From NCBI GenBank assembly GCA_963716145.1, contig OY970292.1:901404-965403 (forward strand): a stretch of DNA of 64,000 nt, in the 5' to 3' direction. The translations under genes were made by a program, and so were the position numbers. The DNA is from Candidatus Levyibacteriota bacterium (lineage in GTDB: Bacteria; Patescibacteriota; Microgenomatia; Levybacterales; UBA12049). The notes beneath the pieces were generated by a model. It ran no database searches and was not told where the DNA came from. It saw only the letters and a list, made by a program, of their open reading frames with translations. This document shows, piece by piece, positions 27,439 to 36,188 of the stretch. Within the stretch, counting starts at the first letter, position 1, and each line of letters opens with the position of its first letter.

Positions 27439-28603
27439 GAGTAGCCATTGTTCATGATTATATAAAAGAGTATGGAGGCGCGGAGCGTGTGCTCGAAACA
27501 TTATTGGAAATTTATCCTGATGCTGATGTTTATACTTCTCTTTATGCGCCGGAATTTTTGGCCCGCATAGAAGTAGATTTGAAAAATACAATATTAAAAC
27601 AACCTTTCTTAACCACATTCCCTTTCGTCATAAATTGATTTCTCCACTTAGGCTTTTATCTCCACTAGCGTTTTATAGTTTAGACTTATCAAATTATGAT
27701 GTGGTGGTTGTTTCTCAAACTGGTGCGTATTTTCCCAACATAGTTGGAGAGAGAATTAAGAAGGAAGAATTAAGAATTAAGGACGGAAAGAAGCCGGTTT
27801 TGATTTGTTACACACATACGCCACCGCGTTATCTTTATGGATACGCGACTGCGAGAGATTGGAAGAAGCATAAATCGTTTGCGGCTGTCGCGGAAATAGC
27901 AAATCACTTTTTGCGGATGACTGATTATAATTCTTCAAAAAATGTTGATTTTTTTATAGCGAATTCTGAGGAGATAGCGGGGCGGATTAAGAAATTTTAT
28001 AGAAGAGATGCCACCGTTATCTACCCTCCGGTAGATAACGCAATTTCAAATTTCAAATTTCAAATTACAAATAAGAATAAAAAAAATTATTTTTTGACTG
28101 GGGGGCGTTTGGCGAGGGCGAAGGGAATTGATGTGATTGTGAAGGCGTTTAATGAGAATGGGTTGCCTCTTAAGATATTTGGGAAAGGATTTGCAGGATA
28201 CCAGGAAGAGCTCAAAAAAGAAGTAAGAAGTAAGAATCAAGAATCAAGGATAGAGTTTTTGTGGGAGGTAACAGATAAGGAAAAGCTGGAGTTGATGAGA
28301 AATGCAAAAGCTTTTATTTTCGCGTCGTATGACGAGGATTTCGGTATAACACCCGTTGAAAGTATGAGTGTCGGGACGCCTATTATTGCATTCAGAAGTG
28401 GGGGGGTTAAAGAAACTGTCGTTGACGGAAAAACAGGATTATTCTTTGAGGAAAATACACCTGAAGCGTTAAATGCTGCCGTTAAAAGTTTTGAAAAGTT
28501 AAAACTTGATCCGAAAGATTGCATAAAACAAGCGGAAAAGTTTTCTTCAGCGCGATTTAAAAAAGAGATAAAAGAATTTGTTAATTCGAAAGTAAAAAAA
28601 TAA
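27435..28603 (+). CDS. GT4-family glycosyltransferase, apparent frameshift near 27585-27635 in an A-rich run; in-frame heptamer repeats
   Basis: ORF 27435..27638 (MRVAIVHDYIKEYGGAERVLE, the GT4 N-terminus) and ORF 27635..28603 (…EDFGITPVESMSVGTPIIA, the E(x7)E region) belong to one protein. Frame 2 reads …TFLNHIPFRHKLISPL upstream of 27635 with no stop. Repeats AATTTCA x4 at 28042..28072 and AGTAAGA/ATCAAGA at 28218..28247. Confidence 0.7.
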
Positions 28604-28604
28604 T

Positions 28605-29459
28605 ATGCCAGAACTACCTGAAGTAGAAACTATTAGATTAGGACTGCAGAGATATCTCATTGGACACAAAATTGTTGACGTTGATGTGAGTTTGATAAGA
28701 ATATTTTCTGGCGACACCAAAAAAATTATCGGCGGAAAAGTTGTTGCTGTCAGGCGGTTTGGTAAAGGTTTGTTAATTGATTTGGATAATGATTACAGCA
28801 TTGCGGTACACGTAAAAATGACAGGCCAACTCCTCTATAGAAAAGTATCAAAAGAAGAAAAAGTATCAAAGGTATCAAATGTCAAGGTTGATGTCGGGAA
28901 ATTACCGGATGTTTATACACATGTTGTTTTCAGATTGGATAAAGATGCAACTCTTTTCTACCGCGATATGCGGCAATTCGGGTGGGTGAAAATTATTAAG
29001 ACCAAAGATGCAGTTGAGATGCCATTCTTCAAATCACTTGGACCTGAACCGCTTAAGGATTTGGATTTAAAAAAGTTTCAGGCGATAATTTCCAAAAATA
29101 AAACAAATATAAAAGTTCTACTTATGGATCAGAAGAAAATTTCTGGGATTGGAAATATTTACGCAAATGACGCTCTTTTTGTCGCAGGAATTGACCCCCG
29201 CCGCTACAGCGCCTCACTTACTCAGAAAGAACAAGTAAAATTATTTAAAGCAATAGAGCAAGTATTGAAAAAAGGTCTTGAAGCAGGTGGGGCAAGTGAG
29301 TGGCATTATGTTGATGCATTGGGTGGTTCAGGTAATTATCAAAATTTTTTTCAAGTTTATAATAAAAAAGGAAAATCCTGCAAAAATTGTGGAAGCATAA
29401 TAGAAAAAATTACACTAGGTGGACGAGGCACCTTCTTTTGTCCCCAATGCCAGAATTAA
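28605..29459 (+). CDS. mutM: formamidopyrimidine-DNA glycosylase
   Basis: N-terminal MPELPEVE with catalytic Pro2/Glu3, an H2TH region, and a C-terminal zinc finger CKNCGS...CPQCQ. Contains a KVSK-type repeat insertion. Confidence 0.85.
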   Translation: MPELPEVETIRLGLQRYLIGHKIVDVDVSLIRIFSGDTKKIIGGKVVAVRRFGKGLLIDLDNDYSIAVHVKMTGQLLYRKVSKEEKVSKVSNVKVDVGKLPDVYTHVVFRLDKDATLFYRDMRQFGWVKIIKTKDAVEMPFFKSLGPEPLKDLDLKKFQAIISKNKTNIKVLLMDQKKISGIGNIYANDALFVAGIDPRRYSASLTQKEQVKLFKAIEQVLKKGLEAGGASEWHYVDALGGSGNYQNFFQVYNKKGKSCKNCGSIIEKITLGGRGTFFCPQCQN

Positions 29460-29516
29460 GCCGTTTGTCTTTCCAGCGGTTTTTTGCTAGTATTGATACT
29501 TAGAACTTAGAAAGTT

Positions 29517-30227
29517 ATGGGTAATAAGAACAGTCGTAAACGGATTATTATTTCAGTCGGAGGATCCCTCATCGTCCCTCAGGATGGAATCGGTATTGAT
29601 TTTCTCAAACAGCTCAATGCCTTCATAAGAGAAAAGCTGGCAGAGGATCCAACCCGCCAGTTTTTTTTAGTTACAGGCGGTGGAACTACGGCAAGACATT
29701 ATATTGATGCAGGCCAGCAAGTAATAGAGCACCAGTTATCAAGGGATGATTTGGATTGGCTGGGAATTCACTCAAGTCGGCTTAACGCCCATCTCGTCAG
29801 GACAATTTTCCGCGATATCGCTCATCCATATATCGTAAAAAACTTTGATATTATCAGAAAAGCTGAAGAGTCTGTGGTGGTTGCTGCGGGCTGGAAGCCT
29901 GGTTGGTCAACTGATTATTGTGCGGTTTTGATTGGAGAAGATTATGGAGTTGAAACCGTACTTAATTTAAGTAATATTTCCGAAGTCTACGATAAAGATC
30001 CGAATAAATTTAAAGATGCAAAACCTTATAAAAAAATGGACTGGGACGAATTTAGAAAACTAGTGGGGGACGAATGGACGCCAGGAATGAATACTCCTTT
30101 TGATCCGATTGCTGCTAAAAAAGCTCAAGAAATGGGGATAAAAGTGGTAATTATGTCGGGAACAGATTTTGATAATCTTGAAAAGTATTTTAAAGGTGAA
30201 GATTTTGTGGGAACAACAATAGAGTAA
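29517..30227 (+). CDS. pyrH: uridylate (UMP) kinase, amino-acid-kinase family
   Basis: RIIISVGGSLIV ... LVTGGGTTARHY; about 236 aa, typical of the archaeal-type UMP kinase fold. Confidence 0.65.
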   Translation: MGNKNSRKRIIISVGGSLIVPQDGIGIDFLKQLNAFIREKLAEDPTRQFFLVTGGGTTARHYIDAGQQVIEHQLSRDDLDWLGIHSSRLNAHLVRTIFRDIAHPYIVKNFDIIRKAEESVVVAAGWKPGWSTDYCAVLIGEDYGVETVLNLSNISEVYDKDPNKFKDAKPYKKMDWDEFRKLVGDEWTPGMNTPFDPIAAKKAQEMGIKVVIMSGTDFDNLEKYFKGEDFVGTTIE

Positions 30228-30346
30228 TTTTCAATTTTCAATTTGAAGTTTTCAATGAGATTGTAATTTACAATGTTTAAAACATTAAAAATTTAATCAT
30301 TTAAAATTCATTTCAAATTGTAAATTTTAAATTTCAAATTAAGTGA

Positions 30347-31426
30347 ATGATATTAAAGCATCTCTCTCTTCAAAATTTCAGAAATTATACTAAATCCGAG
30401 TTTAGTTTTAGTCCTAGGACAACTATAATCATTGGGCCAAACGCAATTGGAAAATCAAATATTCTCGAGGCAATATATCTCCTGTCCACAGGAAAGAGTT
30501 TTCGGACGGATAAAGACAAACAGATCTTAAAATTTGGTCAAAGTAATTGTCGGGTAAAAGGTTTGATTGAGGGGGAAAAAGAGACAGACGAGACAAAGGA
30601 GACAAATGAGCTAGAGGTAGTTTTGGTAGAATCATCTACCGAATTCTTGCAAAAAAAGTATTCGGCCAATGGAGTTTCTAAGAGCAGAATAAATTTTGCA
30701 ACTAAGATGCCAGTGGTTCTGTTTACTCCAATGGACCTGGATCTGGTAGCAGGGCAGCCAGGAACCAGACGCAAATTTTTGGATGAAGTACTTACGCAGA
30801 TTGATCCAGAATATCACCAAGCACACATTGCATATATTAAAGCTTTAAGACAGAGAAACGCTCTTCTCCAGCAAGCACAAGAGAGAGGACAAAGAGATGA
30901 TAAGCTTTTTGCTTATTGGGATGAACTGCTTATTAGAAACGGGCAAAGTATTTCAAAAAAACGCACTGAATTAATTGAATACATAAATAAAACAAAAAAA
31001 GAAATTTTTGAATTTGATTTGAAGTATGACCGGAGTGAAATTTCTAAAGAGAGACTCATACAGTATAAAAATGCAGAAGTTGGTGCAGGAGTTACGTTGG
31101 TCGGACCGCACAGAGATGACGTATTGATAAAAGCCAAAAATAAACTTTCGAAAAATTCTGAGGAGGTAAGATACTTTGGTTCACGCGGTCAGCAAAGGCT
31201 TGTCGCGCTTGAGCTAAAACTTTCGCAGATTGCAATTATTAAAGAAAAGACAGAAAATGAACCAATACTTTTGTTGGACGATGTTTTTTCAGAGTTAGAT
31301 AGCAGCAATATTTCGCATGTGTTAAATTTAATGAATATTTATCAAACAATCGCGACAACAACCCATGAAGAATTTATAGGAAAACATGAATTAAAAAATT
31401 TAGAAATGATAAGATTGGGAAAGTAA
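30347..31426 (+). CDS. recF: DNA replication and repair protein RecF
   Basis: LSLQNFRNY...IIIGPNAIGKSNILEAI Walker A; C-terminal signature/D-loop region. In-frame 9-mer repeat (ETDETKETN) at 30581..30610. Confidence 0.85.
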   Translation: MILKHLSLQNFRNYTKSEFSFSPRTTIIIGPNAIGKSNILEAIYLLSTGKSFRTDKDKQILKFGQSNCRVKGLIEGEKETDETKETNELEVVLVESSTEFLQKKYSANGVSKSRINFATKMPVVLFTPMDLDLVAGQPGTRRKFLDEVLTQIDPEYHQAHIAYIKALRQRNALLQQAQERGQRDDKLFAYWDELLIRNGQSISKKRTELIEYINKTKKEIFEFDLKYDRSEISKERLIQYKNAEVGAGVTLVGPHRDDVLIKAKNKLSKNSEEVRYFGSRGQQRLVALELKLSQIAIIKEKTENEPILLLDDVFSELDSSNISHVLNLMNIYQTIATTTHEEFIGKHELKNLEMIRLGK

Positions 31427-31480
31427 ACTAATTTTCAATTCTAAATTTTCAATTTTCATTGAAATCTAAATATTAAAATT

Positions 31481-32335
31481 ATGAATAAATTTAATCCGCA
31501 AGATTTAAAGCAATTATATGCTCCCCCAGTAGATTCGCATAAAGGAGAGAATGGTAAACTGATTCTAATTGGAGGATCTCACTTATTTCATGCCGCATCT
31601 TTATGGGCATTAACCATTGCTTCAAAAATTGTGGATATGGTTTTTTATTCATCTGTTGATGAGAATAATGAGATTGTCTTGAGAGCAAAAGAAGAATTTC
31701 GAAACGGTATAGTTGTGCCCAGAGGCAAGGTTGAAAACTATATTGAAGAAGCAGATTGTGTATTAATAGGTCCCGGTTTGCCAAGAAAAGAAGGGGAGGA
31801 AATTGGCGATGATGATACTAAAGAATTAACAGAAAGACTATTTGCAAAATTTCCTGATAAGAAATGGGTTATTGATGGAGGTTCATTACAAGTTGTTGCT
31901 CCTGAAGCATTACCCAAGAACTCAATTATTACACCGCATTTAGGCGAGTTTGAAAAATTAAAACTCAAAATGCAAAACTCAAAACTTAAGATTGCAATGC
32001 AAAACTCAAAATTGGAAGAACAGGTCCAAATTTTTGCGAAAGAATACGGATTGATAGTTTTGCTCAAAGGTCAAAAAGACTTTATTTGCTCTACGGATAA
32101 ATGCGCACTGGTTTCAGGAGGGAATGCGGGTATGACCAAGGGAGGGACAGGGGACGTGTTATCCGGTCTGGTCGCGGCTTTAGCTTGTAAAAATAATTTA
32201 TTTCTAGCGGCCTCAGCAGGGTCTTGCATAAATAAAAAAGCTGGAGAAAGTTTATTTGAAAAAGTAGGATATAACTTTAATGCATCAGATCTGGTAGATG
32301 AGATACCGGTGGTAATGAAAAATTTGCTTGCATAA
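31481..32335 (+). CDS. ADP-dependent NAD(P)H-hydrate dehydratase (YjeF C-terminal / carbohydrate-kinase-like)
   Basis: KGENGKLILIGGS...; GGNAGMTKGGTGDVLSGLVAALA signature. Contains the repeat insertion KLKMQNSKLKIAMQNSKL. Confidence 0.7.
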   Translation: MNKFNPQDLKQLYAPPVDSHKGENGKLILIGGSHLFHAASLWALTIASKIVDMVFYSSVDENNEIVLRAKEEFRNGIVVPRGKVENYIEEADCVLIGPGLPRKEGEEIGDDDTKELTERLFAKFPDKKWVIDGGSLQVVAPEALPKNSIITPHLGEFEKLKLKMQNSKLKIAMQNSKLEEQVQIFAKEYGLIVLLKGQKDFICSTDKCALVSGGNAGMTKGGTGDVLSGLVAALACKNNLFLAASAGSCINKKAGESLFEKVGYNFNASDLVDEIPVVMKNLLA

Positions 32336-32380
32336 TTATTTGTTGCCAAAATTCGGGAAATATGCGAGAATTAAATCCTC

Positions 32381-33433
32381 ATGTATACTCCAAAATTTAC
32401 AATCTCCAACAAAATTCTCAAAAATATAGGCATAATTGAAGCATGTAAAGAAGTTATAGATCATGCACCTCTTTTGCCTTTTTATGAAAAAGAATTCCGC
32501 AAAGATGCACTGACCAGAGCAGTTCATTATGGTACACACATTGAAGGAAATGAGCTAGATCTAAGTCAAGCTGAGAAAGTCATGATGGGTGAAGAAGTCG
32601 CCGCTCGTGATCGGGATATTCAGGAAGTAATCAATTATAGAAAAGTAATGGAGCGGATTGGAGAATCAAGAATTAGAAATCAAAAAGAAGGAATTAATGA
32701 AGAGTTTATTTTGGAGTTACATAAAATGACTGTTGAAAAAATCTTATCAGCTGAGAGGTGCGGAGTTTATCGATCTACGCAGGTGGTTGTTAAAAACAGT
32801 CTGACTGGGGAAGTTACCTTTCGTCCTCCGCTTCCAATTGCAGTTCCCATTCAAGTGAAAGAATTGATCGAATTCATGAATCAGTCAGGAGATGTCCATC
32901 CGGTTCTAAAATCCGGCACAGTTCACTATGAACTAGCAAGAATTCATCCCTTTGTTGATGGAAACGGGAGAGTCGCACGGGCACTCTCTACCTATATTCT
33001 CTTTCAGGAAGAATATGATATCCGGAAATTTTTTTCACTTGAGGAGTACTTTGACCGGGATGCTGCCCGTTATTATGATTCTCTTCAAAGCGTTGCCAGA
33101 TCGGATGGAGATTTATCAATTTGGCTTGAATATTTTACACAAGGTCTTGCAATTGAGCTTTCAAAAATAAAAAATAAAATTGAGAAAATATCCATTGACG
33201 CTGGACTTAAGCAAAAGCTGGGCGGTGCCCCGCTGCTTTTGTCAGATAGGCAGCTTAAAATAATAGAGTATATTCAGAAAACAGGATTTTTGCAAAACCA
33301 GGCATTTTTAAGCCTTTTTCCAATGGTGTCAGAGGATACAGTTTTGAATGAAATAAAATCGTTATTGAAAGCAGGTATAATAAAAAAATCCGGAAAAACA
33401 AAAGGCGCTAAATACATAATGGCGACGAAATGA
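32381..33433 (+). CDS. Fic/DOC family protein (AMPylase-type) with C-terminal winged-helix domain
   Basis: Fic motif HPFVDGNGRVARAL; about 350 aa. Confidence 0.8.
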   Translation: MYTPKFTISNKILKNIGIIEACKEVIDHAPLLPFYEKEFRKDALTRAVHYGTHIEGNELDLSQAEKVMMGEEVAARDRDIQEVINYRKVMERIGESRIRNQKEGINEEFILELHKMTVEKILSAERCGVYRSTQVVVKNSLTGEVTFRPPLPIAVPIQVKELIEFMNQSGDVHPVLKSGTVHYELARIHPFVDGNGRVARALSTYILFQEEYDIRKFFSLEEYFDRDAARYYDSLQSVARSDGDLSIWLEYFTQGLAIELSKIKNKIEKISIDAGLKQKLGGAPLLLSDRQLKIIEYIQKTGFLQNQAFLSLFPMVSEDTVLNEIKSLLKAGIIKKSGKTKGAKYIMATK

Positions 33434-33434
33434 T

Positions 33435-35186
33435 ATGAAATTTTCAGAACTTGCAAATTATTTTGAAAAATTGGAAGAGACTTCCTCACGCTTAGTACTT
33501 ATTGATATTTTAGCCGACTTGTTTAAGCATACGGATAAAGAGGAGATTGAGAAGATAATTTATCTGACGCAGGGGAGAATCGCGCCGTTTTTTGCGCCGG
33601 TTGAAATAGGAATGGCGGATAAAACAATTGCTGACGCTCTAGCTCGGGCGTTTGAACAAAAGAAAGATTACGTTTTGCAATTATACGGCAAAGTTGGAGA
33701 CATGGGATTAGTCGCACAGCAATTGAGCTCAAAGTTCAAATTGCAAAGTTCAAAGTTAAAGGTTGAGGACGTTTTTAAGATCTTAACTGAAATTGCCGGG
33801 ACGTCTGGTGCCGGGACTGTTGAGAAAAGGATAACACTTCTTTCTGATTTGTTGAAAAAAGTAGATCCGATTTCGGCTAAGCATCTGGTCCGCGTTCCTC
33901 TTGGTAAAACACGTCTCGGTATTGGTGACCCGACAATTCTTGACGCACTTGCGCTTGCGATATTAGGCGACCGTGGCAAAAGAAAACTTTTGGAAAAAGC
34001 GTATAACGAAACATCAGATTTGGGTTTAATCGGGAAAACGCTTAAAAAAGAAGGTTTGGCAAAAGTCCAAAAGTTAACAGTCACGGTTGGCAGGCCGATC
34101 AGATCAGAACTTTGCGAACGTTTGCCAAATCCTGAAAAGGTTTTTTCTAAAATGGGTGATAAGGTTCATGCCACTCCGAAGTATGATGGTTTTCGTGTCC
34201 AAATCCATAAAGACGGAGATAGGGTCTCAATGTTTTCCCGCAACCTTGAAGATATGACGCATATGTTTCCTGAGCTCATTAAGGGAACTCTTGACCAGGT
34301 AAAAGCTAAGACTGCAATTCTTGATACAGAAGCTCTTGCCTATCAACCGGAATCCGAAGAATTTTTACCGTTTCAGGAAACGACCAAGAGACGCAGAAAA
34401 CACGGAATTGAAGATATGGTGCTGGCTTTACCGCTGAGGGCTTTTGTTTTTGATATTCTCTACGTCGATGGGAAGTCGCTAATTGATACCCCGCTTCATA
34501 AACGGATAGAAATGCTAAAAAAAATCGTTGAGAAAGGCGATACGCTACTTTCGGCTCCAGGTGATATTCTAGACAAACCGGAAAAACTGCAACTGATGCT
34601 TGATGACTCGATTTCAAAAGGTCTTGAAGGCGTAGTTGTCAAAAAAATTGATTCTCTGTATGAAGCGGGAGGGCGCAACTTTAATTGGGTTAAATTGAAG
34701 CGTCATTCATCAGGAGAACTTCATGACACTATCGATACTGTAATTTTGGGATATATTTTCGGCAAAGGAAAAAGAACGGCATTTGGCGCGGGAGCATTAT
34801 TGGTTGGAATTTACGATAAAAAGAATGACGAATTTGTGACAGTCAGCAAAATCGGGACCGGACTAACAGATGAAGAGTGGAGAAGTATCAAACAAAAAAC
34901 AAAAGGAGCAGAACTATCGCACAAGCCGGCGCGGGTTAATTCTCTGATTACTCCAAGCGTTTGGGTCAGGCCTGAAATTGTGATTGAAGTCCTGGCTGAT
35001 GAGATCACAAGAAGTCCTTTGCATACGGCGGGTTCTGCAAAGCAGAATTCAGAAAGACAGAAAGAACCCGGCTACGCATTAAGGTTTCCCCGTTTGGTAA
35101 ATTTCCGGGATAAAGACAAGAAGGCAGAAGATGCTACTACAGTAGACGAACTTATAAAGATGTTTGAACAACAAGGAAAACAATAA
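33435..35186 (+). CDS. lig: ATP-dependent DNA ligase (LigI/archaeal-eukaryotic type)
   Basis: Adenylation motif I KYDGFRVQIH, plus downstream nucleotidyltransferase and OB-domain motifs; 583 aa. Repeat insertion SKFKLQSSKLK. Confidence 0.85.
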   Translation: MKFSELANYFEKLEETSSRLVLIDILADLFKHTDKEEIEKIIYLTQGRIAPFFAPVEIGMADKTIADALARAFEQKKDYVLQLYGKVGDMGLVAQQLSSKFKLQSSKLKVEDVFKILTEIAGTSGAGTVEKRITLLSDLLKKVDPISAKHLVRVPLGKTRLGIGDPTILDALALAILGDRGKRKLLEKAYNETSDLGLIGKTLKKEGLAKVQKLTVTVGRPIRSELCERLPNPEKVFSKMGDKVHATPKYDGFRVQIHKDGDRVSMFSRNLEDMTHMFPELIKGTLDQVKAKTAILDTEALAYQPESEEFLPFQETTKRRRKHGIEDMVLALPLRAFVFDILYVDGKSLIDTPLHKRIEMLKKIVEKGDTLLSAPGDILDKPEKLQLMLDDSISKGLEGVVVKKIDSLYEAGGRNFNWVKLKRHSSGELHDTIDTVILGYIFGKGKRTAFGAGALLVGIYDKKNDEFVTVSKIGTGLTDEEWRSIKQKTKGAELSHKPARVNSLITPSVWVRPEIVIEVLADEITRSPLHTAGSAKQNSERQKEPGYALRFPRLVNFRDKDKKAEDATTVDELIKMFEQQGKQ

Positions 35187-35205
35187 GGTTATGCTAAGAT
35201 AAATT

Positions 35206-36183
35206 ATGGCCGAAGAATCTCTTTTTCCTCCTGAAACAGCCGGCGGGTTGATGGTAACTCAGTTACCAACTGCTCATCGTACAAATACCGTTTCCGAAGT
35301 GGTTGAGCGAATTTCAAAAAAAAAGTGGGATGATATATATTTCGTTTACGTCCTAACACAGGATGGGAAATTAATCGGACTTGTTCCTCTTACCATTCTT
35401 CTTGCGTCCCCCAAAACAAAAACAATGGATGAATTGATGATAAAGCCGCTTCTCACACTAACACCTGAAACAGACCAGGAAAAAGTAGTAATTGAGGCTA
35501 TAAAATTGGATATTGAGCAGGTTCCGGTTGTTGATCATGAGGATAAATTCCTGGGAGTTGTTGTAGCGGACCGGATAATTGATGTTTTGCACGACGAACA
35601 TCTGGAAGATTTTCTGCGGTCTTCAGGTATAAGGGGTAAGGGATCGCACATTTTGGAGTTAGCAGGTGGCAGGTTGATTCATGCTGTCCAATCAAGAATA
35701 CCGTGGTTATTGGTAGGGCTTGGTATTGGTTTGGGGTTAAGCTTGGTGTCAAGCAGGTTTGAAGGTTCTCTGCAGAAAAATATCGCCCTGGCCTATTTCA
35801 TACCGGTTATCGCTTATGTCGCGGATTCTGTCGGAACACAATCAGAAACCATTTTTATCCGTGCGTCAACAGTGCTGAAGTTGAATTTGTTTACTTATCT
35901 ATTGAAAGAATTTTTTATCGGTTCAACAATTGGGGTAGTTTTGGGAATAATTGGTGGAATAGGAGGAGCATTAATCTCTCAATCAATTTCAATTGGATTG
36001 GTAGTTGGAGTTTCCCTCTTTTGTGCCATAACTGTTTCCGCTGTACTTGCTTGCGTTACTCCCATTTGTTTTACTGCTCTTAAAAAAGACCCGGCTCTTG
36101 GGTCAGGCCCACTGACAACAGCAATTCAGGATCTTATTAGCATAACTATATATTTTTTAGTCGCAGGAATGCTTTTACACTAG
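35206..36183 (+). CDS. mgtE: magnesium transporter MgtE
   Basis: N-terminal domain, a CBS pair (…VPVVDHEDKFLGVVVADRIIDVL), and a C-terminal 5-TM MgtE domain. Confidence 0.8.
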   Translation: MAEESLFPPETAGGLMVTQLPTAHRTNTVSEVVERISKKKWDDIYFVYVLTQDGKLIGLVPLTILLASPKTKTMDELMIKPLLTLTPETDQEKVVIEAIKLDIEQVPVVDHEDKFLGVVVADRIIDVLHDEHLEDFLRSSGIRGKGSHILELAGGRLIHAVQSRIPWLLVGLGIGLGLSLVSSRFEGSLQKNIALAYFIPVIAYVADSVGTQSETIFIRASTVLKLNLFTYLLKEFFIGSTIGVVLGIIGGIGGALISQSISIGLVVGVSLFCAITVSAVLACVTPICFTALKKDPALGSGPLTTAIQDLISITIYFLVAGMLLH

Positions 36184-36188
36184 TTTGC

